This document shows positions 13,115 through 25,907 of a stretch of DNA of 64,000 bases, in pieces. Position numbers and translations under genes: made by a program. Below the pieces are notes generated by a model. That model was not told where the DNA came from, ran no database searches, and worked only from the letters and a program-made list of their open reading frames with translations. Source of the DNA: Pristiophorus japonicus (lineage: Eukaryota); NCBI RefSeq assembly GCF_044704955.1, contig NC_091995.1, positions 46,252,001 through 46,316,000 of the forward strand. The letters run 5' to 3'. The first letter of the stretch is position 1; every line of letters begins with the position of its first letter.

Positions 13115-14977
13115 GCCACAGAATACCCACTCTTTGACCCACTATTATAGCCACAGTATTTATGAGGCTGATCCAGTTACGTTTCTGGTCAGTGCTCAAC
13201 CTCAGCAAGTTGATGCTGTGAGATTAGATGATGGTAATGCAGTTGAACGCCTAGTGAAGGTGGTTTGTCTCTCTTTTGTTGGAGTTGGTCATTGCCTCGC
13301 TTTGTGCAGCGTGTATGTTACTTGCCAATTAGTAGCCGAAGTATGGACGTTGTCCAGCTCTTGCTGCATTCAGGCACGGACTGCATAATTTTCTGAGGAA
13401 TTGCAATGGTTCTGCACACTGTGCAATCAGCAGCAGACAATCCCACTCACGATGTTGTAATGAAGGGAATGCCATTGATGAAGCAGCTGAAGATAGTTGG
13501 GCCTATGACACTGACTTCAGGAACTCCTGCAGGGATGTCCTGGGGCTGAGATAATTGGCCTCTAACAAACACAACGATCTTCCTTTGTCCTAGGAACAGG
13601 TACAACTGGTGGACTGTTTTCCCCTGATTCGCATTAATTTCACATTTTACAAGGGTTCCTTGGTCCCACACACGTTTAAATTCTGCCTTGATGTCAAGGA
13701 CAGTCACTCTTAACTCGCCTCTGGGATTCAGCTCTTTGTCCATATTTGTACCAAGGCTGTAAAGGGGTCTGGAGGTAAGCGGTCGTGGCGGAACCCCAAT
13801 TGGACATCAATGAGCAGGTTATTGTTGCCTAACTGCCGCCAAACCTAAATTATTCAACTCAGATACTTACAGCGAAGTTAACAGATCGGTAACTTTGCAG
13901 CTTGTGCAAAACCTAATCTTTTGGGAGGAGCATGTGGGACACACTTTCTGCGTGCAATAACACACTAGACGACATTAACACCTGCAGATAATAAAATAAT
14001 CTTCGGATGTTCGTGCTGTTCTCCATCAGGAAAGCTAATCATCTGCAGACTTTAGACTGACCAATATTGCCGAGCTCTCAGAAGCAGCCTCCAATAGCTG
14101 GGCAATTCGGCACCAATGGATAGGGGCTTTCCGGCCTCCTATCTCTCTAAAATGATTTCCAAGATGCGCACACATACATCCAATAAGAAATGCTCCAGCC
14201 GTCATTTTGTTAAAGTGGTTTGCAGGGCAAGGGCTGCATTGCATGTGGCTGGCAAGGTGACTGTGATTCTGGCTCCTTCCGGGATGCTCCTGTCGATATA
14301 AGCAATCTCTCTCAGTTTGCAGTACAATGCTGCATAAGGGAGTTCAGTGAGGCTCTCAATAAAAAGACAGGCAGCTTCAGCTCATTCCCTCTTCCCACTG
14401 ACAGCAGACCGATAGAGCACAAGGGTTTGCACTGATTGCAGGATTCCCACTGGCGCAGGGTGCCATTGAATCCACACATCATACCTTGTGTGTGCCTCAT
14501 GTCAACTCGGCAATTTTCATGAACCAGAACAGATTCCACTCCCTTAATGTGCATCTGTTGTGTGACCAGAAGCCAGGCTTCATGCAAGTGAATGTTCGTT
14601 ATCCTGGCAGTAGTCATGATTCCTCCATTCTCCGGCTCCTCTGTGACAGCAGTTTTCGACCAACCACGGCAATTCCACTGATGATATGGTTCATGACGTT
14701 GGTCCGGCACCCACGCCCATATACACAGCATGGCTAGCCATGAGAACCATGCTGGCACAAAAATATTACAGACCACAGCATCTGCATCCTCGAGCAAGGT
14801 TTGAGCTGCCTGGACCATTCTGGAGGAGCTCTACTGTACTCAGCTGAACGAGTATCAAGATCTGTGGCAGTTTGCTGCATGCTGCACACACTGGCCATTA
14901 TGAGGTAACAGCCCTGCCAACAGCTATTCGGTGAGAAGCTGAGGAGCTTGTGCACGAGGAGGAGAATGAAGTGAGGG

Positions 14978-15119
14978 NNNNNNNNNNNNNNNNNNNNNNN
15001 NNNNNNNNNNNNNNNNNNNNNNNNNNNNNNNNNNNNNNNNNNNNNNNNNNNNNNNNNNNNNNNNNNNNNNNNNNNNNNNNNNNNNNNNNNNNNNNNNNNN
15101 NNNNNNNNNNNNNNNNNNN
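14978..15119. other. Assembly gap (Ns) within a GGA-rich repeat
   Basis: Run of n. Confidence 1.
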
Positions 15120-15229
15120 AGAAAGTGGAGGATGGATAATTGAGGAGGAGGAGGTGTAGAAAGTGGAGGAGGGGTAATTGTGAGAGGAGGAGGAGAAAGT
15201 GGAGCAGGAGGAAATGGGGAGGAGGAGAT

Positions 15230-18219
15230 GTGTAAACCACAAGGTGACAGGAAGGGACAATATGTATGAATATAAAGGGGCTGCAGGAGGGGTCAAAACT
15301 AAAAATCATGGTTTAAAAACTAGTATTAAAACACTCTACCTAAACGCACGCAGTATTCAAAATAAAGTAAATGAGTTGACGGCACAAATCATTACAAATG
15401 GGTTTGATTTGGTGGCCATTACAGAAACGTGGTTGCAGGGGGGCCAAGACTGGGAATTAAACATACAGGAGTATCTGACAATTCGGAAAGATAGACAAGA
15501 AGGGAAAGGAGGTGGGGTCGCTCTGTTAATAAAGGATGATATCAGGGCAGTTGTGAGAGATGATATTGGCTCTAATGAACAAAATGTTGAATCATTGTGG
15601 GTGGAGATTAGAGATAGTAAGGGAAAAAGTCACTGGTGGGCGTAGTTTTTAGGCCCCCAGATAATAACTTCATGGTGGGGCGTGCAATAATCAAGGGAAT
15701 AATGGAGGCATGTGAAAAAGGAACAGCAGTAATCATGGGGGATTTTAACCGACATATCGATTGGTCAAATCAAATCGCACGGGGTAGCCTTAAGGAGGAA
15801 TTCAAAGAATGCATATGGGATTGTTTCTTAGAACAGTATGTTACAGAACCTACAAGGGAGCAAGCTATCTTAGATCTGGTCCTGTGAAATGAGACAGAAA
15901 TAATAAATGATCTCCTAGTAAAAGATCCTCTCGGAATGAGTGATCACAGTATGGTTGAATTTGTAATACAGATTGAGGGTGAGGAAGTAGTGTCTCAAAC
16001 GAGCGTACTGTGCTTAAACAAGGGGGACTAGAGTGGGATGAGGGTAGAGTTGGCAAATGTAGACTGGAAACACATACTAAACGGTGGCACAATTGAGGAA
16101 CAGTGGAGGATTTTTAAGGAGCTCTTTCAGAGTGCTCAACAAAAATATATTCCAGTGAAAAAGAAGGGTGGTAAGAGAAGGGATAACCAGCCGTGGATAA
16201 CCAAGGAAATAAGGGAGAGTATCAAATTAAAAACCAATGCGTATAAGGTGGCCAAGGTTCATGGGAAACTAGAAGATTGGGAACATTTTAAAGGACAGCA
16301 AAGAATGACTAAGAAAGCAATAAAGAAAGGAAAGATAGATTACAAAAGTAAATTTGCGCAAAACATAAAAACAGATAGTAAAAGCTGTTACCGATGTATA
16401 AAACAGAAAAGAGTGACTAAAGTAAATGTTGGTCCCTTAGAAGATGAGAAGGGGGATTTAATAATGGGAAATGTGGAATTGGCTGAGACCTTAAACAATT
16501 ATTTTGCTTCGGTCTTCACAAAAGCCATGCCAAAAATTGCTGGTTACGGGAATGTGGGAAGGGAGGACCTTGAGATAATCACTATCACTAGTGGGGTAGT
16601 GCTGGATAGGCTAAAGGGACTCAAGGTAGACAAGTCCCCTGGTCCAGATGAAATGCATCCCAGGGTATTAAAAGAGATGGCGGAAGTTATAGCAGATGCA
16701 TTCTTTATAATCTACCAACATTCTCTGGACTCTGTGGAGGTACCAGTGGATTGGAAAGCAGCTAATGTAACGCCTCTGTTTAAAAAAAGGGGGCAGACAA
16801 AAGGGAGGTAACTATAGGCTGGTTAGTTTAACATCTGTACTGGGGAAAATGCTTGAAACTATCATTAAGGAAGAACTAGCGGGACATCTAGATAGGAATA
16901 GTGCAATCAAGCAGATGTAGCATGGATTCATGAAGGGAAAATCATGTTTAACTAATTTACTGGAATTCTTTGATATAACGAGCATGGTGGATAGAGGTGT
17001 ACCGATGGATGTGGTGTATTGAGATTTCCAAAAGGCATTCGATAAGGTGCCACACAAAAGGTTACTGCAGAAGAAAAAGGTCGCGGAGTCACAGGAAATG
17101 TGTTAGCATGGATCGAGAATTGGCTGGCTAACAGAAAAGAGAGTCGGGATAAATGGATCCTTTTCAGGTTGGAAGTCAGTGGTTAGTGGTGTGCCACAGG
17201 GATCGGTGCTGGGACCACAACTGTTTACAATATACACAGATGACCTGGAAGAGGGGACAGTGTGTAGTGCAACAAAATTTGCAGATGACACAAAGATTAA
17301 TGGGAAAGCGGGTTGTGTAGAGGACACAGAGGCTGCAAAGAGATTTAGATAGGTAAAGCAAATGGGCTAAGGTTTGGCAGATGGAATACAATGTCGGAAA
17401 ATGTGAGGTCATCCACCTTGGGGAAAAAAAAACAGTAAAAGGGAGTATCATTTGAATGGGGAGAAATTACAACATGCTGCGGTGCAGAGGGACCTGGGGG
17501 TCCTTGTGCATGAATCCCAAAATGTTAGTTTGCAAGTGCAGCAGGTAATCAGGAAGGCGAATGAATGTTGGCCTTCATTGCGAGAGGGTTGGAGTACAAA
17601 AGCAGGGAGGTCCTGCTGCAACTGTATAGGGTATTAGTGAGGCCGCACCTGGAGTACTGCATGCAGTTTTGGTCACCTTACTTCAGGAAGGATATATTAG
17701 CTTTGGTGGGTGCACAGAGATGATTCACGAGGCTGATTCCGGAATGAGAGGGTTACCTTATGATGATAGATTGAGCAGACTGGATCTTTACGCATTGGAG
17801 TTCAGAAGGATGAGGGGTGATCTTATAGAAACATTTAAAATAATGAAAGGGATAGACAAGATGGAGGCAGAGAGGTTGTTTCCACTGGTTGGGGAGACTA
17901 GAACTAGGGGGCACAGAATCAAAATACTTGGGAGCCAATTTAAAACCGAGTTGAGAATGAATTTCTTCTCCCAGAGGATTGTGAATCTGTGGAATTCTCT
18001 GCCCAATGAAACAGTTGAGGCTAGCTCATTGAATGTATTCAAATCACAGATAGATAGATTTTTAACCAATAAGGGAATTAAGGGTTACGGGGAGCGGGCG
18101 GGTAAGCGGAGCTGAGTCCACGGCCAGATCAGCCATGATCCGGTTGAATGGCGGAGCAGGCTCGAGAGGCTAAATGGCCTACTACTGTTCCTAATTCTTA
18201 TGTTCTTATGTTCTTATGA
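15230..18219 (+). mobile_element. CR1 LINE, near-complete ORF2 (endonuclease and RT) with stops and frameshifts, plus 3' tail
   Basis: YLNARSIQNK...ITETWL, GDFN, DKSPGPDEMHPRVLKE, GVPQGSVLGP, FADDTK, EFRRMRGDLIETFKI; ends in (ttcttatg)n. Confidence 0.95.
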
Positions 18220-19200
18220 ATGTGGAGGAGGGGTAATTGGGGAGATGTGGGAGAAAGTGGAGGAGGAGGAATTGGAAGAGGAATTGGGGGAGGAGGAAGA
18301 GAAAGTGGAGGAGGAGGAATAGGGGGAGGAGGGGGATAAAGTGGAGGAGGAGCAATTGGGGAAGAGGAGGAGAAAGTGGAGGAGGAGGAATTGGGGAGGA
18401 GGGGGAAAAAGTGGATGGGGGTAATTGGGGGAGATGTGGGAGAAAGTGGAGGAGGAGGAATTGGTGAGGAGGAGTAAGTGGAGGAGGAGGAAGTGGAGGA
18501 GAAGAAATTCAGGGAGGAGTAGAAAGTGGAGGATGGGTAATTGGGGGAGGAAGAGGTGTAGAAAGTTGAGGTGGGGTAATTGGGGGAGATGGAGGAGAAA
18601 GTGGAGGAGGAGGAATTAGGGGAGGAGGGGGAGAATGTGGAGGAGGAGAAATTGGGGAGAAGGGGGAGAAAGTGAAGGAGGAGGAATTGGGGAGGAGGGG
18701 ATAAAGTGGAGGAGGAGGAATTGGGGAGGAAGGGGAGAAAGTGGAGGAGGAGTAATTGGGGGAGGAGGGGATAAAGTGGAGGAGGAGGAATTGGGGAGAT
18801 GGGGGAGAAAGTGGAGGAGGAGGAATTGGGGAGGAGGGGGAGAATGTGGAGGAGGAGGAATTGGGGAGAAGGGGGAGAAAGTGGAGGAGGAGGAATTGGG
18901 GAGGAGGGGGAGAATGAGGAGGAGGAATTGGGGGAGGAGGGGATAAAGTGGAGGAGGAGGAATTGGGGAGGAAGGGGAGAAAGTGGAGGAGGAGGAATTG
19001 GAGGGCGGAGAAAGTGGAGGAGGAGGAATTGGGGGAGGAGTTGGAGAAAGTGGTGGAGGAGTAATTATGGGAGGAGGGGGAGAACGTGGAGGAAGAATTG
19101 GGCGAGGAGAAAGTGGAGGAGTAGGAATTGAGGAGGAAGTGGAGGATGGGTAATTTTGGGAGCAGTAGGAGAAAGAGGAGGAGGGGGAAATGGAGGAGAA
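18220..19200. repeat. Purine-rich minisatellite (about 35-38 bp unit aaagtggaggaggaggaattgggggaggagggggag); also at about 14940-15230
   Basis: Tandem degenerate units visible directly; the W/R/G/E- and P/S-rich ORFs here come from the repeat. Confidence 0.9.
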
Positions 19201-19239
19201 CAAAGTGCAACAGGAACTGGAAAAACAGGCAGATGAAAG

Positions 19240-19447
19240 TGTTGTGTATGGAGAAATAGTCAGACTGAACACTGAGCTCAAAGTAAAGTGTGACCTGAGG
19301 CTTTTATTGCAGATCTCCAGAATGCCTCTGCAACCTGTGAAGGCTTCTTAAATACCTGTGCTCTCAAGGCATTATGGGATCCCTTGGGACTCCAGGGGAT
19401 GAGCCCTCTGGTGACTGTACAGAGTAAATGCAAGTATATATATAACA
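19240..19447 (-). mobile_element. Solo LTR (208 bp), Gypsy-like
   Basis: tgttgtgtat...atatataaca termini, 5-bp TSD gaaag (19235-19239 and 19448-19452), TATTTAA and AATAAA in order on the minus strand. Confidence 0.8.
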
Positions 19448-22311
19448 GAAAGGAGGCTACAACGGAGGCAGCCCTTCTCTGCTCGGCATCTATGTGAAGA
19501 AATAATTAATGTGTGATACGAGTAACCTCAACCACACCCCGCATTCACCATTAGTCCCACGCTCCTTACCTTTACTCTATCACTGACCATCACGTCGTTC
19601 TCGTTCCAGCAACACAAAAATAAAAAAAGCAGACAATGCACATTTCCTGGTGGATTCCACAGGTGTGCTCATGGAGGTGCCAACCCGTTCTTATGCCTGC
19701 TGCTATGTTCGAAAGAATGGGACCGAGCTCTGCACAAAGCCCAGTGCAAAGTTAGTTTTGGACTCCTTCATGCTCCTTGACATTGAGCGCAGGCTTTCTG
19801 ACAAGCTTTCCTGTATACCGAGCCTATGGTGTATACACCCATCAGGCCTTTTCTGCACCCTGTCCCATTGAAGTCCTCATCTCAGTCCCCTGCAACAGAA
19901 ATAGTGTGTGAGCTTCTCCTCCAGTGAATTGGCGCCTGCTCTAATATTCCCACCCCTTCCACCTGTCGTTAGGTCTGCGCACTCGGTTCTGATGTCACAC
20001 CTTGTGCAGACCCCTCCTCTACATCAGCCTCTACGATTTGTGCAGAGCTAGTATCTGAATTGCTGACTGTGACTGTGTCTGTTCATCTTAACTTTCTTCT
20101 TCCTCTTTCTCCACAGATTGTCAGGATCCAGTTCTTGGGTATAAAAAGTGAAAAATGGACAAAGGTCTGGCTGTGGTGATAAGCGAGGAGATATTGTCAA
20201 GTGCATTACTAACCTCTCTGTATCTTCTCAGTGAGAAAAGATTGATGGATGAGGGAGAAGCGGGATTAAAGAAGGACATGTGAACGTAAGAAATATCAGC
20301 TGGCGTAGTTAATTTGGCCCTGAGAACATGCAACGCCATTCAATAAATCATGGCTGATCTACCTCAACTCCCCATCCCCGCCCTATCCCCAAATCTCTTA
20401 ATTCGCTTTGTTCCCAAAACTTTATCGACCTCTATCTTTAATATACTCAACAACTGGGTATCAGGAGCTCTGTGAGGTAGAGCAATCCAAAGATTCACAA
20501 TCCTTTGAGTGAAGAAATGTATCCTCATCTCAGCATTAACTGGCCGACCCCTTATTCTGAGACTATGACCCCGTACTCTGGATTTACCATCAGCGAAATC
20601 ATTTTCTCAGCATCAAACGTGTCACGCCCCTTAACAATTTTTTCAGCTAGAAATTCATTATATCCCAGGAATTGCCGGTATCATGAAACAATTTGCCGAT
20701 TTAGCACCAGGCGCTAATGCTTTAGACTGCACGCAGAATTCCTGCTCACTGCACAAAGACATGATTGGGGTCCTAATTAAAGTCTTTAAGCCCAAGCTAA
20801 TTGCAGTTACACTCGAAGGATGGACCAATATCAGGTGCTCTCTAATCACAAGCAACGCTTGCTGCCGACTTTTTTCAGTACTTAAAGGGAAGGTTCATTG
20901 ATGCTGCAGAAACTCATTCTCAGCTTTGCTGGCTGTGCAGTTCCATCAGCAAGCAGCAGCAGGATAAGGAGAATGAGCTGGAGAATGGAAGCAGCTGTAC
21001 TCATGGCAGATCCACGCCCCAGGGAGCGAGCCAGAAGATTCTGCGATTAAGCGTTGGTGTTCGGTGTGGAGAGACGGAGGGCGGTGCTCTCTCCGGCAAG
21101 TGGCAGGAGGCCCTGACCACAAGTCTTCCGTATCATGTGAACGGCAGAGGTGCAGCACGTCTCAGGCAGCACTCTGGTTCCCAGGACTCACACACAGCTC
21201 AGGAAGAAATTTAAGGACCTCGCTCGGATGGTCAGGGTGAGTGAATGCTTCAACAAATGCTGCATACCACCATCTGAACTACAATCTTGACACAGTCTCC
21301 AAAATGCCACATCCCCAGCACTTACCCACCAACAATCTCTGACTACCAACACTCACACCCACAGCTCACACCTTGCACACAATGACAGCAATTAAACAAT
21401 GGGAGGCATATCACCCAAACGCATTGCTCCACATTGACTTACAAACCTTCCTTCCTTTCGCAGGACAATTTTCCCCACAACAGGAGGGAGCAGGAGTGCA
21501 CAGGCGGAGGACAAGCCAACACCCAACCATTGTCTGCACTGTAAAATGGAGTGTCACAAATTATTGGGCGATAGATGGTGGACGCCAAGCCACCGGTGAA
21601 TTTGACCCATCTGGGGTTAACAACGGTATGTTCGTCCCTTCTCCTTCTCACATCGCAGTTCCCCCAAACCTCACAAACAGTTTACAACTTACAGCTAATT
21701 GTGTAAGCTCTGCTCCCTTCCTGGCCCCATCCCTTCACCTTAAACCATTATTGATGGTGTTTCAGCTACTGAACAAACACTGAGCAGTCTGTTGCTGAGG
21801 GGACTGTGGAGAGTGAGGCAGGAGAAGAGGAGGAGGAGGAAGAACACACCAGGTCACTGCATGTGTCACCCGCAGGCATGAGCTCCGATACTGTCACTTC
21901 GCATTCTTTAGATGCTAGTATAGTAGCGGCGCCTGCACAGGGTGAGGCACCGAGGAAGAATGGGCTGCAACAAGGGCAGGAAGGATGGGTAGCTCAGGGG
22001 CCAGCATTCTGGAAGGTGAGTTCACGCATGAACTCTGCTGCATCGGGGTCAGATGAGGAACTCGATGGGGAAGCTTTTAGAAGATGGTTGATGGGCATGC
22101 ACACGGAGATAATAGGTGCAATGGCAAGGGTGCACGACAGCTTCTCGTCATTGATAATGAGCATGGAGGGGTCCACCTCCAACTTGCACAAGGCTCTGTG
22201 CATACCATGGAGCGCATCATGTAATGTCTGAAAAGAATTGTAGACTGCCAGAGGGACAATGGCAACCAAGACCTGATGCTCCATGGGATGGCTGATGTGG
22301 CAGCTGATGTG

Positions 22312-23980
22312 GGAGGATGTAACTAGTAGAGTGGACAAGAGAGAACCAGTGGATGTGGTGATCTTGGACTTTCAAAAGGCTTTTGACAAGGTCCCACACA
22401 AGAGATTAGAGTGCAAAATTAAAGCATATGGTATTGACGTGGATAGAGAACTGGTTGGCAGACAGGAAGCAAAAGGTTGGCAAGCAGTGACTAATGGGGT
22501 ACCGCAAGGTTCAGTGCTGGGAACCCAGCAATTTACAATATACATTAATGATTTAGATGAAGGAATTGAATGTAATATTTCCACGTTTGCAGATGACACT
22601 AAGCTGGGTGGCAATGTGAGCTGTGAGGAGGATGCTAAGAGGCTGCAGGGTGACTTGGACAGGTTAGGTGAGTGGGCAAATGCATGGCAGATGCAGTATA
22701 CTGTAGATAAATGTGAAGTTATCCTCTTTGGTGGCAAAAACAGGAAGGCAGAATATTATCTGAATGGTGACAGATTAGGAAAAGCGGAGGTACAACAAGA
22801 GCTGGGTGTCATGGTACATCAGTCATTGAAAGTTGGCATGCAGGTATAGGAGGCAGTGAAGATGGCAAATGGCATGTTGGCCTTCATAGCGAGAGATTTG
22901 CGTATGGGAGCAGGGAGATCTTACTGCAGTTGTACAGGGCCTTGGTGGGGCCACACCTTGAATATTGTGTAAACTTTGGTCTCCTAATCTGAGGAAGGAC
23001 ATTCTTGCTATTGAGGGAGTGCAGCGAAGTTTCACCAGGCTGATTACCAGGATGGCAGGATTGACATATGAAGAAAGACTGGATCGACTGGGCTTATATT
23101 CACTGGAATTTAGAAGAATGAGAGGGGATCTTATAGAAACATTTAAAACTCTGACAAAATTGGGCAGGTTAGATGCAAGAAGAATGTTCCCGATGTTGGG
23201 GAAATCCAGAACCAAGAGTCACAGTCTAAGGATAAGAGGTAAGCCATTTAGGACCGAGATGAGGAGAAACTTCTTCTCTCAGAGAATTTTGAACCTGTGG
23301 AGCTCTCGACCACAGAAAGTTGTTGAGGCCAGTTCGTTAGATATGTTCAAAAGGGAGTTAGATGTGTGTGTTAGTTGTGTGTTGGTGGTGCAGTGGTTAG
23401 CATGGTTGCTTTCCAAGCAGTTGACCTGCGTTCGATTCCCAGCCATCACATTTGTCAATTTCTACTTGAGGCTGAAATGATCCTCTGATGACTCTGGTTG
23501 CAAGCAGTAAGCAGTTCTTACAGCAGCATCTCAAGGATTTTGTTGAGCAACCTGTTTTCAAAGGGTCATGTACGAATGCTTGCAATGCAAAATCTACGTG
23601 TCATCAATCTGTCATAATGTACTTGCGATTCATACTATGAGCTGTCAATTACCAAAGATATTCTATAGTCCTTACTACGAGGGGGATCAAGGGGTATGGC
23701 GAGAAAGCAGGAATGGGGTACTAAATTTGCATGTTCAGCCATGAACTCATTGAATGGCAGTGCAGGCTAGAAGGGCCGAATGGACTACTCCTGCACCTAT
23801 TTTCTATGTTGCTATGTTTCTATGTGGTCCTTACGGCTAAAGGGATCAAGGGGTATGGAGAGAAATCAGGAATGGGGTACTGAAGTTGCATGACCAGTCA
23901 AGATCATATTGATTGTTGGTGCAGGCTCGAAGGGCCGAATGGGCTACTCCTACACCTATTTTCTGTGTTTTTATGTTTCC
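22312..23980 (+). mobile_element. 5'-truncated CR1 LINE (RT C-terminal half and 3' tail), interrupted at about 23367-23822
   Basis: LDFQKAFDKVPH, GVPQGSVLG, FADDTKLGG, EFRRMRGDLIETFK; ...gggagttagatgtg continues as gtccttacggctaaaggg near 23827. Confidence 0.9.
23379..23450 (+). tRNA. tRNA-Gly(TCC)-derived sequence, probably a pseudogene
   Basis: 72 nt GTGTTGGTGGTGCAGTGGTTAGCATGGTTGCTTTCCAAGCAGTTGACCTGCGTTCGATTCCCAGCCATCACA, collinear with vertebrate tRNA-Gly-TCC. A and B boxes present; T-T mismatch in the acceptor stem and C-C in the T stem. Confidence 0.85.
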
Positions 23981-24469
23981 AATGCAGCACAGATGGAAGC
24001 GACACAATCTCCGAATGCTGTAGTGCAGTCTGTGCTTGGTAACATCAGATTTTAGGCTGCTCTCGTTCAATCTCAGCTTGATGCCACGTGAGCTCTGACG
24101 ACTGCCATCGTAGATGGGTGGTGGGGATTTGGCATGTGTCATTGGATTCACCTTGCCCCGGCGATACTGCCATAGCGCCCTGTTAGCGCCACCTGCTGTC
24201 GCTAATGGGAGGCAATAATGGGACGTATTTTCCCCCTAGAAGTTACCCAATTTCACAAGTTATTACTTTCCTTTGATGTAATTCAAGCAATAAATGATGT
24301 GACGCGAATCGATAAATAGTAATATGTCCTCAGGATTTCCACTTTTGCGTGGCACATTCAGTGAATAATTTAAGTGATGGGAAAATGAGCATAAATTATT
24401 GCCCGTTCTTTTGTTCGAATTATTTTTGATGACCATAATCATTATTTCTTCACTCTCGCACTTGAAACC

Positions 24470-25317
24470 AACGTTGTGACAATTATGATTATCTCCTGGG
24501 GGAAGTACATACGGTCTCTCCAAATGAATCACTATTTAACTGGTAGCTAATCTACTGGTCCTGATCTTTGACGTGATGCTGTATCAGATGAATTAAATTT
24601 ATGTCCTGGATTCATTCCTGGACTGCCCTCCGGATTGCAGTCTGAATGTGTTCCTGATTTTTGCTTCTGCTGAATGTTCTGTTTGGTTAACTGTCGATTT
24701 CACCTTTGGTCGATTTGTCACCATTTATCCCCACACAATAAGATCCAGTATTGCACAAAAAAACTGCAGCGGTGGTTGTCGCAATGAAATGGGGCTGAGC
24801 ATCTAATTTACTTTAGAACCCCATTTATTTTACTTTAGAACCTCAAGTAATCAATAACAATATACCATGGTTCTGCGATGTGAAATCCAGCCTCTACACT
24901 GTCCCGATATGGGTCACATCCTTATGGCTTGATTCAACTTTAATGCCTTTGATTCCGTTTCTTTTGATTCCGATATTCAATGGTTTGAACATCAAGCATA
25001 TTCTGCTGACAAGTAGACTGAGGAGAATCTCTAGAGCAGCGACAGTGACCCAGAAATGAAAAAACGCTGAAAATCCATCGTTTTACTGCTGGTCATATCT
25101 GGTAGTTTTATATTGTTATGTATAGTAACTTTTATTCATTATGTATGTGTGCAAATTATTGATGTTCACCATCATGGGACGAACTGGATATATGTTGCAT
25201 GATTTGAGTTCTTGCGCAAACACCATTATTTATGCAGTGTCCCAGACTAAATTCAGAAAGGAGTTGAAGAATTTGATTAAATATCCCTTGGCTCTTATTA
25301 TTAATGTAGGGAAATAA
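24470..25317 (+). pseudogene. Decayed GPR139-like GPCR paralogue (exon 2 only)
   Basis: Manual translation: GLSK*IT, VANLLVLIFDVMLYQMN*IY...CSLNVFLIFASAECSVWLTVDFTFGRFV, and SSCANTIIYAVSQTKFRKELKNLIKYPLALIINVGK*. Collinear with the gene at 112-1034; several stops, frameshifts and deletions. Confidence 0.88.
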
Positions 25318-25364
25318 TTGAAGGGTCTGAGTCTTACCAGAACTCACTACAGATAATTCACAAA

Positions 25365-25550
25365 ATAGCAAAACACTGCGGATGCAGGGCGTCTGAAAAA
25401 ACCCCAGAAAATACTGAAAATATGCAGCGGGTCAGACGGCATCTTTGGAGTGAGAACCCTTTCGTCATCGACCTGAAATGTAAATATTGTTTCTCTCTCC
25501 ATATTAGCTGCCTAACCCGCTGATAATTTCCAGCATTTTCTGTTTTTATT
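25365..25550. mobile_element. Foldback Penelope terminal-repeat element
   Basis: agaaaatactgaaaatatgcagcgggtcag ... cccgctgataatttccagcattttctg inverted arms around a partial hammerhead gtcatcgacctgaaa. Confidence 0.6.
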
Positions 25551-25907
25551 AAAAGTATTGAGACTCGCTTCCATCTTAATTATGCAACACGGGCAGCAGT
25601 TGATGCACCGCCTGTTATTCGCTCAATAAGATGGATGCTATTTTCGGTAGAGTTTTATGGAGAGGAATGTCGGGCGGGTGTGTAATGAGCGGCCGACCTG
25701 CCACCGGCTGTATAGTGCCGCACCTGAAGGTGAATTTCCCCCTGGGCTGCTGGAACTTTCACCTCTGGCGGGATCTAGTTCAATGAAAGGACAATCGGGT
25801 GGTGGTTATAAATGCCAGTCGAAACAATGAAACCAGTTTTATGCCCACGCCGCTCTCTCTCAAATATTCCCTGAATCTATTCTTAGTTGTATGACATTTC
25901 AAATTTC

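Larger units (their letters stand above)
9550..13850 (-). mobile_element. LINE (CR1/L2-group RT and 3' end) split by the Penelope insertion
   Basis: LDIKAEFKRVWDQG...GVPEVSVIGPTIFSCFIN at 13447-13743 and SWNSLPNSTVG at 9548-9754; the halves rejoin at a repeated gccac (about 10124 and about 13115). Confidence 0.7.
13850..20050 (+). mobile_element. PIF/Harbinger DNA transposon relic: HARBI1-like DDE nuclease (plus) and convergent Myb/SANT-gene remnant (minus, about 19600-20050), with nested insertions
   Basis: GSFRDAPVDISNLSQFAVQCCIRE, IAGFP..QGAI, FHSLNVHLLCD...VRYPGSSHDSSILR at 14260-14650. The nuclease C-terminus resumes after 19452. The minus strand of 19650-19900 aligns with the Myb-gene exon at 21806-22231. 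Confidence 0.75.
20640..24238 (+). mobile_element. Second Harbinger relic carrying a multi-exon Myb/SANT-like gene remnant, interrupted by CR1
   Basis: RERARRF...RTHTQLRKKFKDLARMVR|gtgagt (about 20980-21240), next exon NRREQECTGGGQA (about 21465), acidic exon 21806-22231; TIR-like ends ctagaaattc and tattttccccc. Confidence 0.6.

Noticed and set aside
14260-14930. Domesticated host HARBI1 gene
   Set aside because: Multiple frameshifts, deletions and nested insertions; the linked Myb remnant indicates a transposon relic.
20085-20290. Strong plus-strand acceptor (ctttctccacag), possibly a lost exon
   Set aside because: All three frames close quickly and there is no similarity to the GPCR exon 1.
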